Positions 22,763-36,095 of a stretch of DNA of 64,000 nucleotides are shown in pieces (positions within the stretch are counted from its first letter, which is position 1; every line of letters begins with the position of its first letter). The notes below the pieces were generated by a model. That model was not told the origin of the DNA, ran no database searches, and worked only from the letters and a program-made list of their open reading frames with translations. Origin of the DNA: Moniliella sp. 'wahieum' (taxonomy: Eukaryota); the NCBI GenBank assembly GCA_003971905.1, contig RSEE01000081.1, positions 1-64,000 on the forward strand, given 5' to 3'. The position numbers and the translations under genes are program-made.

Positions 22763-24001
22763 TTACATAACGGAGCACTCTTCGTCTTTGCCCAGGCCGG
22801 GCAAGTCGAGGCCTTCCGGCACGTCGCCCACGATTTCGTCCGGTGGCGCACCGCAGTCTTGCATAGCGTTCATCAGTTCGTGCACCTTTTCTGCCGTGCC
22901 TGTTGCGCCGGGGAAGGGGAGTGCGCGTTGCCGGGTCAGCGCCCTCGGGCAGTGCCGGTTCCTCTTCCCATTCCGGATCTTCAAACACGGCGACCACTTG
23001 GGTCACAATGCCCGCTTGCTTAGTGTAGCGTTCTTGGTCCGGCTTGGGGAGCGCTCGGAAGTGTCGCTGGCCAAGTAGGCGGGGTACTGCTCGTTCATCT
23101 CCTTCATCGGACCATACAGCACCTCTTTGCCCATCAAGTCCGACATCATGTTTTCCAGCATGGCCGCCATGCCTTCTTCTCCCTCGCCAGTGCCCAGGTC
23201 TCCTAGCGACTTGAACAGTTCTTCCATCGAAGGGCCTCCTTCGCCCCCGGCGCCCCCAGCTCCGATAACATACGCAACAACTCTTCCTGCCCTGCGCCGC
23301 CCGCGCCAGTGGACGAAGTCGCATTCTTGTCACTCGTCTTGAGCCGGTTCATCGTCGCGGCAATCGTGTCTTGGAAGCTGGCCGGGGCAGCTCCGGGGGC
23401 AGTGGCAGACGCCGTCGACGAAGGTTGCGACGTCGACGCGCCGGCATTGGGGTCGAGTCCCGTCCCACCAAACAGCAACCGTTCAAATTGTTTCATCAAT
23501 GCCTCCTCGTCCATCTCTCCCTGGGAGCCGGATGCGGCCGCCGACGTAGACGGGGACTTGGACTGGACTCGGACCCAGACGAGGTCGGGCCGCACCCGCC
23601 GTCGCAGCACTGGCGTCCAGACCAGCTAACATGTCTCTGGATCCCTTGCGCAAACTGAGCGGCAAAGTCTTCCGACAAGAAATCGTCCTCGTCCTCAGCG
23701 GCCGCGGAGGTGGGCTCCTTCTCTCCCTCTCCACTGTCGCTTTCTTGGCAGGGTGGAGGCAGGCTTTCCGGGGGTGGGGGGTAGCAGGGCCGCAGCAGAA
23801 GGTGTGGCAGCCGCAGCCGCAGCCGCCGGAGCGGGCTTGGCCGTGTCGTTAAATTCGTCCAACACACCTTGAGGCGGGGGCGGAAGCGGGGTCAGCACCA
23901 GGCGTGTCAGCAGGGCAACAGCGGCGCGGAGGAAGCGTACCATCCAGATCGTCCAGGTCGTCCAGGCCGTCGAGGGCGTGGGGGTCGGTGTCAGGGGCCA
24001 T
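22763..24001 (-). CDS. PEX19: Peroxin 19; intron ~23868-23940
   Basis: N-terminal DDLDDLDGVLDEF, SFQDTIAATMNRLK, MMSDLMGKEVLYGPMKEMNEQYPAYL, MQDCGAPPDEIVG, C-terminal CaaX CSVM. Confidence 0.95.
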
Positions 24002-24410
24002 GGTGGGCAGAGGCAGAGAAGCGCACCCAAGCCGAGGTGCGAGGTGGTGGGCAGTGGCGATGGAGTTGGACGTGGCGCCGCCTGGAACGAATCGGGACTG
24101 CCTTCCGCCCGCTCGCTCCTCCGGCTTGCCTGAGGCCGTACCGGCGGCGCCGCCCCACACCCGCCCCCATTCCGCCCGGCGGAATGCAGCCGGCGCACCA
24201 GCACGCAGCCGAACGCCCTCGAGCGCTGTGAAAGAGTACCCTGCCTACTCACCTACCCAACCTACCGCCCCTCCCGCCCTGCTGGCTGCTGCGCCCCCCC
24301 CATTTCCCTGGATTCGATCCGTGCCCCACCGCGTCCAGCTCGTACAGTACGTCTATGAGAAAAGGTGGCAGGTACGACGCGCTGGCCCGAGGAGATCGGT
24401 GGCGCCGGAA

Positions 24411-26686
24411 TCAGCAGCACACGCGTTGGGGTGCATGTGTTGTAGGAGTACCCGCCGGCCAACCAACCCGTCGAGGAATCGGATTTGGATATAGGAAAGG
24501 GGAGGCGCCGATGGGCTCGTGGTGCGGGCGCTCAGGTCCAGGCTGGTCTGCTGATGTATATCCAAAGCGTTTAAGCTGGAGGAGGAGGGGGAGCCGAGCA
24601 AGCCGGCTCACTGCCGCGGCACTGGAATCAAAGAATCCAACCCCAGTGGGTTGAATGGATGGATGGGATGGATAAATGGATAGATGGATAGAAGGATATA
24701 GGGAATTCCAAAGCAAAAGCAGGGTGTCGTGATATTTCCAAAAAGGGCATCGTGAGTAAAGAGAACGAAGGGGTCATCGATCATCGCCAGAACGACGTCC
24801 CAGGGCCAGGAACCAGGACCGTCGTCGGGAGCCAAGCAGATCGGGCAAAAACCAAGAAAAAGAGCAAAAGGGAGAGGGTTAGAAATGCGCACAAGTCGCG
24901 TCGCAGGGCGCGAAGGGGCGCCAGCGCTCCCAGCTGCCATGCAGGCGCTAGGACAAAGCGGGCGCAGCGGTCGTTCATCCAACTCGTATGCAGGGGGGAG
25001 GTCGTCCCCGCTGTCGGGGCGGGCAGGGGGGAGGCAGCCAACGGAGTGGGGCCAGACAAGGAGGGAGTGCGAGGGGCAGGGGAAGAGAGGGAGATGGAGA
25101 GGCGGGGGGTGGATAGCGTGGGCATGGCCGTCTGACGGCGTGGGGGGTCAAGGAAACGCCTGGAAGAGAGCCCAGGCTTCGGCTTGCACCCAATGACCAC
25201 CTAGGGCGGGGTGGCGCAAGTAGATCATTGTTACTTGTCTCGGTGGGGGATATGAAGCGCTCCAACGGTACTGGCTCTTGTCTCTGCACGTCAGGACACT
25301 GGACGGGGACGGAAGCACGGCGTGGGCCCAATCCAAAGGACCAATTGGGCCAACGACGATCTTGCCTGACCAGGGGGGAAGCGGGGGCGAAAAGTGGGTT
25401 GCTTGCGAGAAGGAAGAGGCGAACCCGTCCGTGTGGCACCAGAAACAGCACCAGAAACGGGCGAACGCCGGTCCGAGTGCCAAGACACACTAAGGGGGAA
25501 ACCGACTGCTCACCAGGGCTGAGGCGGGGCTCACCTACGCCGATGGACGTGGCACTGAGACTCAAGCGGAGAGGATTGCGCTCGTCCGAATCGGGGTCCA
25601 CGGAGAAGGACATGCGAGTAGCCGAATCAGTAGGCGTGAGGGGGCTCGGGTGGTTGGACTGACGCTGCGACGGGGAGCTGTAGTTTGGGGGGTTCCCTTC
25701 GATGCACACGCCTCTCGTACCCCCCCCCTCGGTCCACTCTCCCAGAAGCGGGTCCACCTCTTCTTGTTCAGGGGCCAGGTTGTAGCTGGCTGGGTAGGCA
25801 TAGGGGAGCACCGAGAGCGAGTGGAGGAGCCAAGCCGTGCTTGCTTCCGCTCGCAGTGGGTCGTTTGGATCGTGGTGTTCGGCCGCAAGACGGAACAATT
25901 GAATCTCTCTCGGCCCCACCGAGCCGTCCAGCGCATCTCCTGCATCTGATAACGTCGTTACAGCCGGGGCGGTGGAACGAGACCTGTGGCGCCGTGCGGG
26001 GCAGGACGACGGTAGACCAGAGGCTCACTGCCCGCCCTTCGTGTCACTCCGCGTGGGGGGCAGGTTGAGGGGATGGGGGGAGCAAGGGGTGAGAACAGGA
26101 GAGAGCGAAGCCGGGGATGAGACGGAGCCAGCAGAAGCGGGAGAAGTAAGAGAAGGAGTAGAGATGGAGACAGTGCGGGGGAGAGGAATTGCCGCTCGTT
26201 TCCGGCTCCTGGTTCGTTAGTGTGGGTTCTGTGGGATTGGTAGGGCTCGAAGCGGCGGCGCCGAATTACCCCGGCGACGGCGCGCCAGACGTGGTGTCCA
26301 CTTGGCGGCCGTGAACAACTTGGCTGGCCTTTGTGCGCGGACGACCGGACGGCGAGAGGGGGGCACTGTGGTGTTGCGTGTTATGGTCGTGGGCAGGGTG
26401 CCTGTCATCCGGTACAGCAGGCTCCGAAGTGGGAGAGGTGGCCAGACTGTGGGTTGGGATGGCTTCGGGGCGGAACGGGGAAGGGGGTGGGGAGCTGAGG
26501 GAAAGCTCGGGATACTTGGTGGTGGCCGGGGGGTTGGGGGCAGGGCGGTGGGCGAGTGGGTGGCGGCCAGGCTGTGGTGTGTTCGGGCACGCTGGGCAGG
26601 CGGGCAGTGCGCCGACGCGCCTTCTTGCGCACGTTGAGGGCGGATGGGATGGAGGGCATGGCAGGCAAGGCGGGCAAGACAGGCAT
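24411..26686 (-). CDS. Hypothetical protein with a probable single transmembrane segment near 24850-24900
   Basis: Minus-strand ORF chain from MPVLPALPAMPSIP to the hydrophobic LCAFLTLSLLLFFLVFARSAWL. No domain recognised; ends uncertain. Confidence 0.35.
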
Positions 26687-27557
26687 GGCCAGCAGGGAGA
26701 CGACCCGCTGGAGAGGGTGGGTGGGTGGTGTGGCCCGCGGGACGAGGGGTGGTGTGGTGGTGGTGGAGGGGGTCAGCCAGGAATCATTCTGAATGTCGAT
26801 ATCAACGGCGAGCGGACGAGCCAGGGAGGGTTATGCGTTCGTTACTTTGGTTGGCAAATGCGGGGGCCGCCAGTGGCACGCCAGCCACGCACGGCGCCAG
26901 TCTCCCTCTGCGCCACCCCCCCGGGAGCGCAGCACCCGCCTGCGGGGGCGCGCAGGAGGACAGCGGTCGACGGAGGCATGGAGGCAGTCTCTGTCCCTGT
27001 CGACCACCTAGCTCGAGCGGCAAGTGGCGTGCCGAGTTCAGGCACCATAGGCTGATAGCCAGTGCCTCGTCCTCGACTCGCAAGGTGCAGTACCCTCCTC
27101 TAGCGCGGTGCTGCTCGTTTGCCGCGGACGAGCAGCTGTCGTTCTTGTCGGCGGACGAGCGTAAGCATGAATGAAGCATCCTCCGGCCTCCCTCCCTCCC
27201 CTCCCCTCCCCTCCAATGCCCCCGGCCAGCCTCCAACGTTTCGCCGTTTGTAAAAGCTTCCAACGGCAAAAACACTACAAACGATACTCGATACCAGAGC
27301 TACGTATAGACATGGAGGTGGGCCTAGAACGCAGCCGGTTGCGGCCTGTGCGGCAGTGCGTAGCCGCACCCTGCCGCACCAGGCCGCACACATCGAAGGA
27401 TAGACGGGTGGCTGCCTGTTTAATTAGACAAAAAGAGTATACATAGTGCCTAACGGATGCGCTGGGCGCTGCATAGGAGACGCTGTACGTATAGGCCCTG
27501 TCCATATATCGAGTATCGCCTTCAAGCATGACTTCACGCGTCACGCGTCAACCGTCG

Positions 27558-28836
27558 AGCTTCAAGCTGGACTGCAAGCCTCAAGCTTCAAGCTTCAAGC
27601 TTCAAGCTTCAAGCCCTTCCAGCTACCGGCTACCAACACTGGCACCACCTTTCCCAGCATATACATAACGCGCAAGTTACTATTTACTACAGCTACCTAA
27701 TTACCACAGTTCCTAGTTGCTAGTTAAGACGTTAAGTGTTGCGCGTGTTACATGTTACACCTAACAGGCTAACCTCAGTAACCGGTATCCCGGTAACCGG
27801 GGGACCTAAGGCCTAAGGCCTAAGGCCAAATCCCCACAAAAACTTAACTGCCTCTCCCCGTTACAACAGCGGTTTTTGTGGGTAACGCGTAGCGCATACA
27901 AGGCCTAACCGGCGTAATCGACGGAGAAATCAACGAATTGCTCCTCGATCAGTAGAATCCCTTGAAGCTTGAAGCTTGAAGCTTGATCATCGATCCCTCT
28001 CAGCCACGAATCATTTGTCCTTGGCAAACGGCAAACCCGATAGGCGCTATATAGGCGCTACAATAGCCAAGGAGCATGTCTCCGTTGCCGAGTTGGCTCA
28101 CATGTCACGTCGATCAGCGAGCGCAGCGACCATCGATGATCACGTATCGAGTATCGAGAATTGCTCCCAGATTGATATCCACCACAGCACCATTCCATAT
28201 CCATCGACCATCCAGGAATTTAAGCTTAATCGATTCTCCGTATCCACTCGCGTCGCGCGTTAGCGATTGTCCTGATCGATCATCGATCATGGATAATCGA
28301 TAATCAGCTACCGTCCAACGCTTCCCCCGTCTTCTCATTGGGAGCCTTAAGATCATGAGATCCGAGATCTGAGGTGGGTTGTACTTTAACTGTGGCTTAG
28401 CTAACGCTTAACGTTAACGCTTAACGTTTAACGCTTAACGGTTGGAGAGTGTAGTGCTATAGGCCATAGGGCCTTAGGGTTCCCGGCGCAACCCTCTCAG
28501 TTGTCAATTGATCGGTGATCTAACCCCTCCTGCTCGCTCCATCTTCCTCCTCATCCTGCTGTCGCCTTTCCCGTCAGATGTTGGTTGTAGACTTGTGGCT
28601 CTGCTCCCATTGAAACTTGAAGTCGGACTCTAGCAGTAGAAACGCATTGTGACAGGTGTTCTAAGGCCAAAGGTATGGAAAAGTTAGTGTGGAGCAGAGG
28701 TGCCCCCTCTCACTCGCGGAACAAAGGCAACCTAGGTCACCGGTCACCCCCCAGAAAAAAAAGAGGGGTGTGGCATGTGGTGGAGGAAGAGGCAGGGAGT
28801 TCAAGCGTCATAAGCGTCAAGCTTCAAGCTTCAAGT
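27558..28836. repeat. Cluster of heptamer tandem repeats (TCAAGCT, CCTAAGG, CTTGAAG, ATCGATM, TAACGCT) in a low-GC non-coding segment
   Basis: Arrays read at 27581-27614, 27805-27827, 27961-27986, 28274-28305, 28401-28440 and 28817-28835. Confidence 0.85.
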
Positions 28837-29356
28837 TGAAGTATCGTTTCATTGAATATGGAATGGGAGCCCTCAGATTCAGCTTTGATAGGAGCAGAAG
28901 GGAGGGAGACGCATGGAGATAAACATGCGGTGTCCATGTGCATAAGTGGGAAAGCAAACCAAACAAACCCTAGGAGGAAAATGCCTTAGATCAAAACGAG
29001 GACAACTGTGCGCCCCTCACGGCCTCGATCAGACTCAGGAACGTATAATGTTCATGCAGCCAGAGGAGGGCCAGGGGACAAGGAACTTGAAGAAGGACAC
29101 GAAGAGGAAATGATAGAGATCGAGAGCTAGTGTAGAAGGGGGGAAAGGGACGAAAGGGGATGACATGGACATGGGATAGTGGATTATATAAGAAGCTGTA
29201 TGGCATGCACAGCTGTGAAACACGCACATACAGCCGTGCCCGTCCCAGCCAGCAGCTGCTGCCTTTCAGCAAAATTCTCTGGGATCAACATTGAGTTCAA
29301 GAATCAAACCAAATCCCCAACCAATCTGCCTCATTGGCGAAGGACATCAGTTGCCC

Positions 29357-32249
29357 TTAGACGGAAAAGGCAACGGTAACCATTGTCCGTTGGGCGCCGG
29401 TGCCCAGGCGTTTAAAAATGGGCTTGAGCGTCAGGCTGCTGGGAATTCGCTTGTACCACAGCGTCCCAGCACCAGCGACTTGATCTTGATATCCTTGGCG
29501 CGTACTGCCTTCGATAGTGTTGGGGGCCCACTTGAGCGTCTTGACAGGAGCACCAAACGACTCATGAGCATGCTCGGGCCCAATGCTGATCAGAAAGTAG
29601 CTGATCACTGTTGCGGTCGTCAAGGCAGCAGAGGTGAGATAGTTGAACTAGAAGAGAGTAGAAACAGATTAGTACTTAGTAGGCAGCCAATGAGGGTGAA
29701 GGAAAGCAAGGCAAAAGGGGGCGTACCTCATCCACCAGTTCTGGTACTTGCGCCGCAGCGAGAATTGAAAGATAGCGCCGGTGAGGAACCAACTGGTAAA
29801 TGAGATGGGTAGCCAGCCCGGCAACGTTTGAGCCGAGTTGAACATGATCGGCCAATTCACCAATTCCCATCGAAAGCCCGAGACCGACAGACGACGAACC
29901 GGAACAAAGCGGTGCAACAGTAACCTGGGAAGGGCGCCAAAAGCCAATGAGGAAGAACCAGTTGATCCATCGGTAAATTGAGTCCTTGTCAAGGCCAAAC
30001 CCCGCTTCGATCCTAGCATCCCCCACACCACAGCCTTTTGGAAGGTGGCTTGGAATGTACCCCAATTCCTTACCGAACACAGGGGGCATGGCAGCCTGGA
30101 CAAAGGACGTGCTCACCTCGGCCAAAAGATGGCGATAATACAAGTCTGGGGGACAACTTGAAGTACATCCCAACTTGAACTGAGAGAGGATTGTCAGCGC
30201 TTGGTCCACCGCGGTGATGCTGAAACATCCGGAAAAGAAGCCAGGGAAGTGCCTTGCCAGGAACAATGTAGCCGCCCATCAGTTGCAAAAAGTCGATTGG
30301 CTCGCACGAAATCGCCGAAAGCGCAAAGAGAGCGCCCATGGGAAGGACATAGAAGGCAGAGAACAGGATGCACACAATAAATGCCCAGACGGCAAAGCCC
30401 GTGTCATAACCCCTCACAGCTCCCAATCCTAACCCAAACGAGAGGGAAAGTGGCGATCCACCAATAGTAAGGGATCTGGGGGTAGCGAAGGGTGGCCTGA
30501 GCATGAACGTCTGGCTCCTCCTCCTTTGGCGTACGTAGGTCTTGCAGTATTTGTCTTGCGTAAAACAAAACAAAGTGAACCACCGCCGCCACGGCCAAGG
30601 CCATACCGCTCCCATAGCTTACTGCAAGAGATGGAGTAAAGTAGGGTTTGCTGTAAGATTCGTACGCCTCTTCATTCAGTGTGATTTGGGTCCCCTTATG
30701 CAAGACCGGGGCAATGTGCGTTTCGTTGAACGACCCGGCAAACCGATCCATGGGAAAGACAACAAGCCAGGGCATATACCATCCATGTTGGGCACCCGTG
30801 CAGTACAGTGCCCCGCCAATGATGCAGATGAACAGAAGGTAACCGCAAATCGTGTTGACCTGCGCCCAGAAGGGAACAACGAGCGGACTGAATGAATCAA
30901 GACGAAGAGGGAGAGGTTAGCATATCGTCCCTGGTAAGAATGTTTGTTATTGTAAGTAATAGGAAAAGAAGAAAGACTAACCTTGACAATGCGGCAGTAA
31001 TGGTAGACCAGTCAAACGCCATAAAATGGAGAGCCATGCCTCCCATGCCACCAAACATGAGGTTGACAGCAAAATTGTGCTTGGCGCACCAGGCGATCCA
31101 GCTAAACTGGGCAAAACAGGTCATCAAGTACCCTGGCACCCACGCCCATAGGAGCGCAAATCCAAACACACCCCAAAACACCGCCCGTCGGCTCCAATGG
31201 GTCTCGTTGGTGCGATGTAGGGCGCCAAGCAGCGCACGTCTCGAGGATGCGAGGCCAGATCATGCGGCCCGGAATAACCAATGCTCGGTAGCCCAAGCCA
31301 GCCATCCCATGAGAGTGGAGGAGAGGATGATCAGCACGCGGTACCCGTACGGCCCCGATACCCCTACCATGCCCTCTGCATGGATCCACATTAGTTCCAC
31401 AGGCCAAGCCGGGCCTGGGCCCATAAACGCCATAATGCATATCAGTGCATGCTCCTTAATGTTAAAAGGGCCCGGATTGATGAACCAAGCCAGGGGCCAG
31501 TGGGATGGGTAGGGAATCCAGGCCATAAGCAAGCCGAGCGGCCAACAGACAATCTGCGCAAGTACCGCCGAGGTGACCAAGCGTGTGTTCCACCCCCAGT
31601 TGAAGAGAAGAACAAAACAAAACCGCAAACCATTGGCGGCCCCGAGACCCAGCAACCAGGCACGCAGGGTATTGACTGGCATGGTAATGTCATCGCCTGA
31701 TGGCACACTTGCTCGGACGGAGGCCGGGCGCGAAACGCGAGGGGGGGGTTATCTGAGTCTGCCGAGTCTTCTGGGGTGCTGCCGTGATCATCAAAGATTT
31801 CTTGCGAGGGCGGCTGTTCGGGAAGTTCGGCGAGGGAAACGGCGTCTTCTTCCTCATCGCGCCCGCCAATTAGGGCGCGATCGGTCATAACGGACCCGGG
31901 AAATGTGCTGGGGTGTTTGGAGGGGGTGTATTGTGAGGAAGAGGAGGGGCTGAAGGGTGTTTGTGGCTCGAGGCCGGTCAGGTTCATCTCATACTTTTCG
32001 GTCATGCCGGGCAGAAAGCCGGTGCCCTCGTCGCCGTCATGGGGGGGGATGGAGGCGGAGGAGTCGATTGGGGGGAGCTGCGTGGAAACGCCACGCATGG
32101 GCATGGCCGACGGGTTGGTTCTGGCCGTCGTCCGGCTGGCCAGGGAGGCGGGCAGGGTGGATGCGCCGTGGCTGGCGACCGGGTGCGCATCGGCCGGGCG
32201 CCAGTCGGTTGGGAGGGGCAGGCAGGGGATCGATGGCGTCCGGGGCCAT
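29357..32249 (-). CDS. OPT-family oligopeptide/glutathione transporter, several introns
   Basis: DDITMPVNTLRAWLLG, NPGPFNIKEHALICIM, MIWP, DVHAQ..RYPQIPYYWW, FKLG, RRKYQNWWMR/FNYLTSAAL. Start approximate. Confidence 0.9.
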
Positions 32250-35200
32250 GGCGATGGGGGAGCCGAGGGGGGGCAGCGCCGACAGGATGGTGGAGGAGAG
32301 GGGTGGGGGCTGAGCGGAGGGTGCAGGCTATAAGCAAGGGGCGGGAGGGGCATGCGAGCACCAGGGGCTACACTGGCGCCGTGGGGCTGCGTCGCTGTGC
32401 CGGTGCTGCGGCAGCAGGGGCTGGTGGCCAGTGCGAGCGGGCGAGCCATACGTATGAATATACGTATGAATATACGCGCTGCTCCTGCATTTCGCCAGGG
32501 CCGACCCAGGCTGCGGCGCTCGCCAGTGCCGCAGCACACCGCGCCAGACAGTGGCGCCGCGCCCGCGCTCGCCCGCCCCCCACCCGCCCGGACTTCCGGC
32601 GCACACAGCGCTGGTGCTTCCCCGGGCGGCAGGCGGAGACAAGCGGACACAGGCCCAGTGCGGCGCGCGGGACAGCCGCCGCAGCACGTTGCTGGTGTCG
32701 CATGGGCGCACATATACCACACGCCCCTGCGCCTCTTCTGATTGGCCCACGTACAGATTTTGTTGTTACCGCTTCTCTTGCGTCTGCTGCCCATACAGCA
32801 GCACCCTCTCGTTCCGAGTCGATTCATCCTCCCTACCTTACACTACATCATATAGCAGCGCTCAGCACCCGCTCCCCTCCCCCCTGTTTGGCATACGTAT
32901 GCTGCCCTCCCAGAAGCAAGAAGGATCACCACCGATCAACAAGCTCATTTTGGTGGATCATATATAGTGCAACCTACCATGTATTCTGCGGGCGACTCAA
33001 TCAGTTTTCTAATGGGCTTGCACAGCCAAGCACTTGCCGGATATAAGTGAGCCACAGATGTGCGCAGCGCTTCTTTGTCCCACAGCCTATTATTATGCGC
33101 TGTAACATGTAACCGACTGTACGTGATGAGATGTAAGAAGATACATCCGTAAATTACGGAGTATGTACTGACAACCTTGACCGTTGAAAAACCCACCACT
33201 GGGAAGAGTGTAAGACCGCAGGAAACCCAAGGGGTTGGGGCCCCAACGATGAGCCTCTGGAAATGTAGAGCAATGCAACCGCGGTGGTGGTTTCGGAGGT
33301 CAAATAAGGGGCAAATGGTGATAAGGTCGATAAGGCGCTTGGGTCTATGTACGAGACCGCGGGTTCCAACAAATAGCGATCCCATGGCACTCATCCCCGT
33401 TGCACGATAGGCATATGTCAAGCAGAAGCAACGGCCCACACACACAGATCCAAAACAAACAAACGTTTCGGCTGGATATAATACCGTTCAGGTTCAGGCC
33501 GTTCAGGACAGACGTGCTATATATTACTGCGTCCCAACCTCAGTGAGACCTTAGGCCTTATGCCCCTCGGGCCACCGCCTCAAGCTTCAGTGAGGTGTCT
33601 GAGAAAAGATCGCCAGACGGAGCTTGACGTGGTGGTGCGTCCTCTGCGTTTGTATTTCCCCCTTCCCCCCGTTTGTTATAGGGAACACAGGTAGCGATCC
33701 AACAAGGAGTCTCTCTTCCAAGTCCCAAAAGAGGCGAGCATCTGCCGGTCAGAGCCAACGAGCCCCAAGAAATCATCCCCTTCTGTTTCCCTGCTCCCAA
33801 AAAAGGCGTTGACTCACACTCACGACTACCGAAGGAAATGCAGGGGCGTTTCAAGCTCCCGAAGAAGGAGGGGCGTACGTAAGGGGCGCGTACCAAGCTC
33901 CCGAAGGGAGGAGGGCGTTCCAAACCTTCAGTCCTCGCTCCCGGTTTTGAGGAGCGCACAGATAATAAGGTGCTGACGCCGGAGATGCAATAACCTCCAA
34001 AGAAAAAAAGGCATCTTCCTCTCCACGGCATTTCCCGCATGGAATGAAGAAATGTGCCAGCGCAGCACGATTAAGTATTGGTACGTGTCCACTGGGGCAG
34101 ACTCACCTAAGCAACCCATCTACTCCGTTGAGTCTAACAAACGGAACATATTCCCATCAATATACACGATGTGTGTGCAACCAAAATCAAGTCCTTTTCG
34201 TACAGCCGAGAGGTGGTCCGCAGGCGAGCTTCTGAATCCCTGATTTGTCCTTCCTCCTTTTAAAGGGTACTGCTACTAGGGATCCCCTGCACGACCCTCA
34301 CAGTGGATCGGTGACGCCCGCTTAGCCCGGCGGAAGAGTTTCGCTCGCAGCCGCGCACTCCCTGCTCGCTTCATCTCCCTTCTCTCTCTCCTGTCTCCTT
34401 CCCTTCAGACGTTGCTGAAGACTTGTGGCCCACCACTTTTTGCCTTCACGCCTTGTCTGAAGGCTGCTTTGCAGCTGATCCGTAGGATCGCGAGTGCTCC
34501 CAAGTTGCACTCTAGCACCTTCTTCATTATTTGGGCTTTGGTCTTCCTGGATGCAAATGAGGTCTATAAGCTGAGCCTCTGAATCTGGAAGTCGGTTTCT
34601 TATCTATAGCGATTGTTTTTGTTGTGAGATTCTCCCCTCATCCCTTTTTCGTTGCTGTCTATTCCCGGGCCTAATTAAGTGTTGGGATCTTTCCCTACTT
34701 GCTGCATGCTGCTTTCAGTTGGAGACACTGATACTGACATGATTCCGTTCACCTTTCTTCATATGGTTGTCTATCCTTGTAGATTCTGTGCCTGTATTAT
34801 GGCCCTACTTAATCCATCATCCTTTCTCCGTAGTGGCAGTCATTTTCGTCTTTTCCTTCGTCTTCTCCGTCCAAATTCTGTCTCTTCTTCTCGACTTTCT
34901 CGTCCTTGTACGACTTCCATATTCTTGACCCACCAGTAACTCCTGCGCCACTGTTCATTTACCAGCAGCCCCCTTTCGACCTGTTTCCAGCGACCACACA
35001 CACACTTTTCTCTTTCCATATCCTTTCACACCGGGCATCCATTACCGTATCGATCTCCAGCTTTCAGTCTTTCTTCTTGTAAGTAGCGAGTCTACCAGCC
35101 GCCAAAAGGAGTGGGTGTGGTAAAGAATAGCATTGTATACCCGCGAGGGGTCGTCCTACTTCTACGCAAAGTAGGGAAAAGAAAAAAAAGATAACTCGAG

Positions 35201-36019
35201 CAAAAAGAACCTTGCAGCTCAGACCACCAAGTCGGTTGGCCCATCACAAAGCAGGACGAACATGAAACCAGTGCCAAACCAAACTGTTGAGACTCAAATC
35301 CAGATGATGTGGTCTTCCACTACTCACAGTTCTTTAATACCAATTCCGCAGCGAGATCCTACAAGAGTTTAGTATTGAGCAGTTCTGTCAGAGAGGACCT
35401 GTCTTGCTTGCCCTCTGCCAGTTTCCCTGCGGCAGCCTTCCGACCAACCTTCAGGACCTCGGACTATAAGCACGCTACTAGCAGTTGTGCCTGTCCCGAT
35501 GCATACACACCCTTGCCACGTGAGCCGACGCCTCAATTAAATGGCCTCGCATCACTCGTCTCTAGCGCCGTTCGGATCTGCCGGTTGTGTCTGTGCTGGA
35601 CCAACCGTGAGAAACTCTGACTTCCATGGGAAAGCACCCCTAGGGTTATGCGGTGAGGCTCCAGGTTCGTGGCCAGCCCATGACATATACCCACCTTAAC
35701 CTCCCATTTTGGTCACCCGTTTGCGCCTTCACCTCCCATCTTTGACAATCATGGGCGTCTCCACATCTTCGTCAATCCATACGATATGGGCAACTCAGTT
35801 CTGTACTCATCCTCCTCTTGCTAGCCGCTCCGTGCTTGGATTCCCGAATTCAACAACCTGTTTTCAGGCCCAGGCCTGACTAATCACAGTAACACTGTGA
35901 GAGGCGAGCAAGGCAAAGGGGAGATGGTGTGGATGCAATGAGGGGAAGGCAGCCCGGAGGCCGCGCAACAGGAGGGGCGGAGCAGAGGCGGAACGGGGCC
36001 GCCTCGCACAAAAAACTCA

Positions 36020-36095
36020 TAGTGACTCGAGTGACTGGGGGGACTAGGGACTAGTCACATGTGAGTCACGTGGGTCACAGTGACTACGGACTAGT
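36020..36095. promoter_or_regulatory. Cluster of GTGACT/AGTCAC motifs, including a perfect TGAGTCA (AP-1/Gcn4-type), upstream of the F-box gene
   Basis: At least 6 GTGAC/GTCAC copies in ~75 bp; TGAGTCA at 36062-36068. Function is inferred. Confidence 0.4.

Noticed and set aside
7056..32249. Glutathione-catabolism gene cluster (oxoprolinase plus OPT transporter)
   Set aside because: The genes are ~18 kb apart and separated by unrelated housekeeping genes; no gamma-glutamyl enzymes are present.
33852..33920. Dispersed copy of the 40-bp array unit (AGCTCCCGAAGGGAG)
   Set aside because: Similarity is limited to ~14 gapped bases and is better explained as a short peptide-coding repeat.
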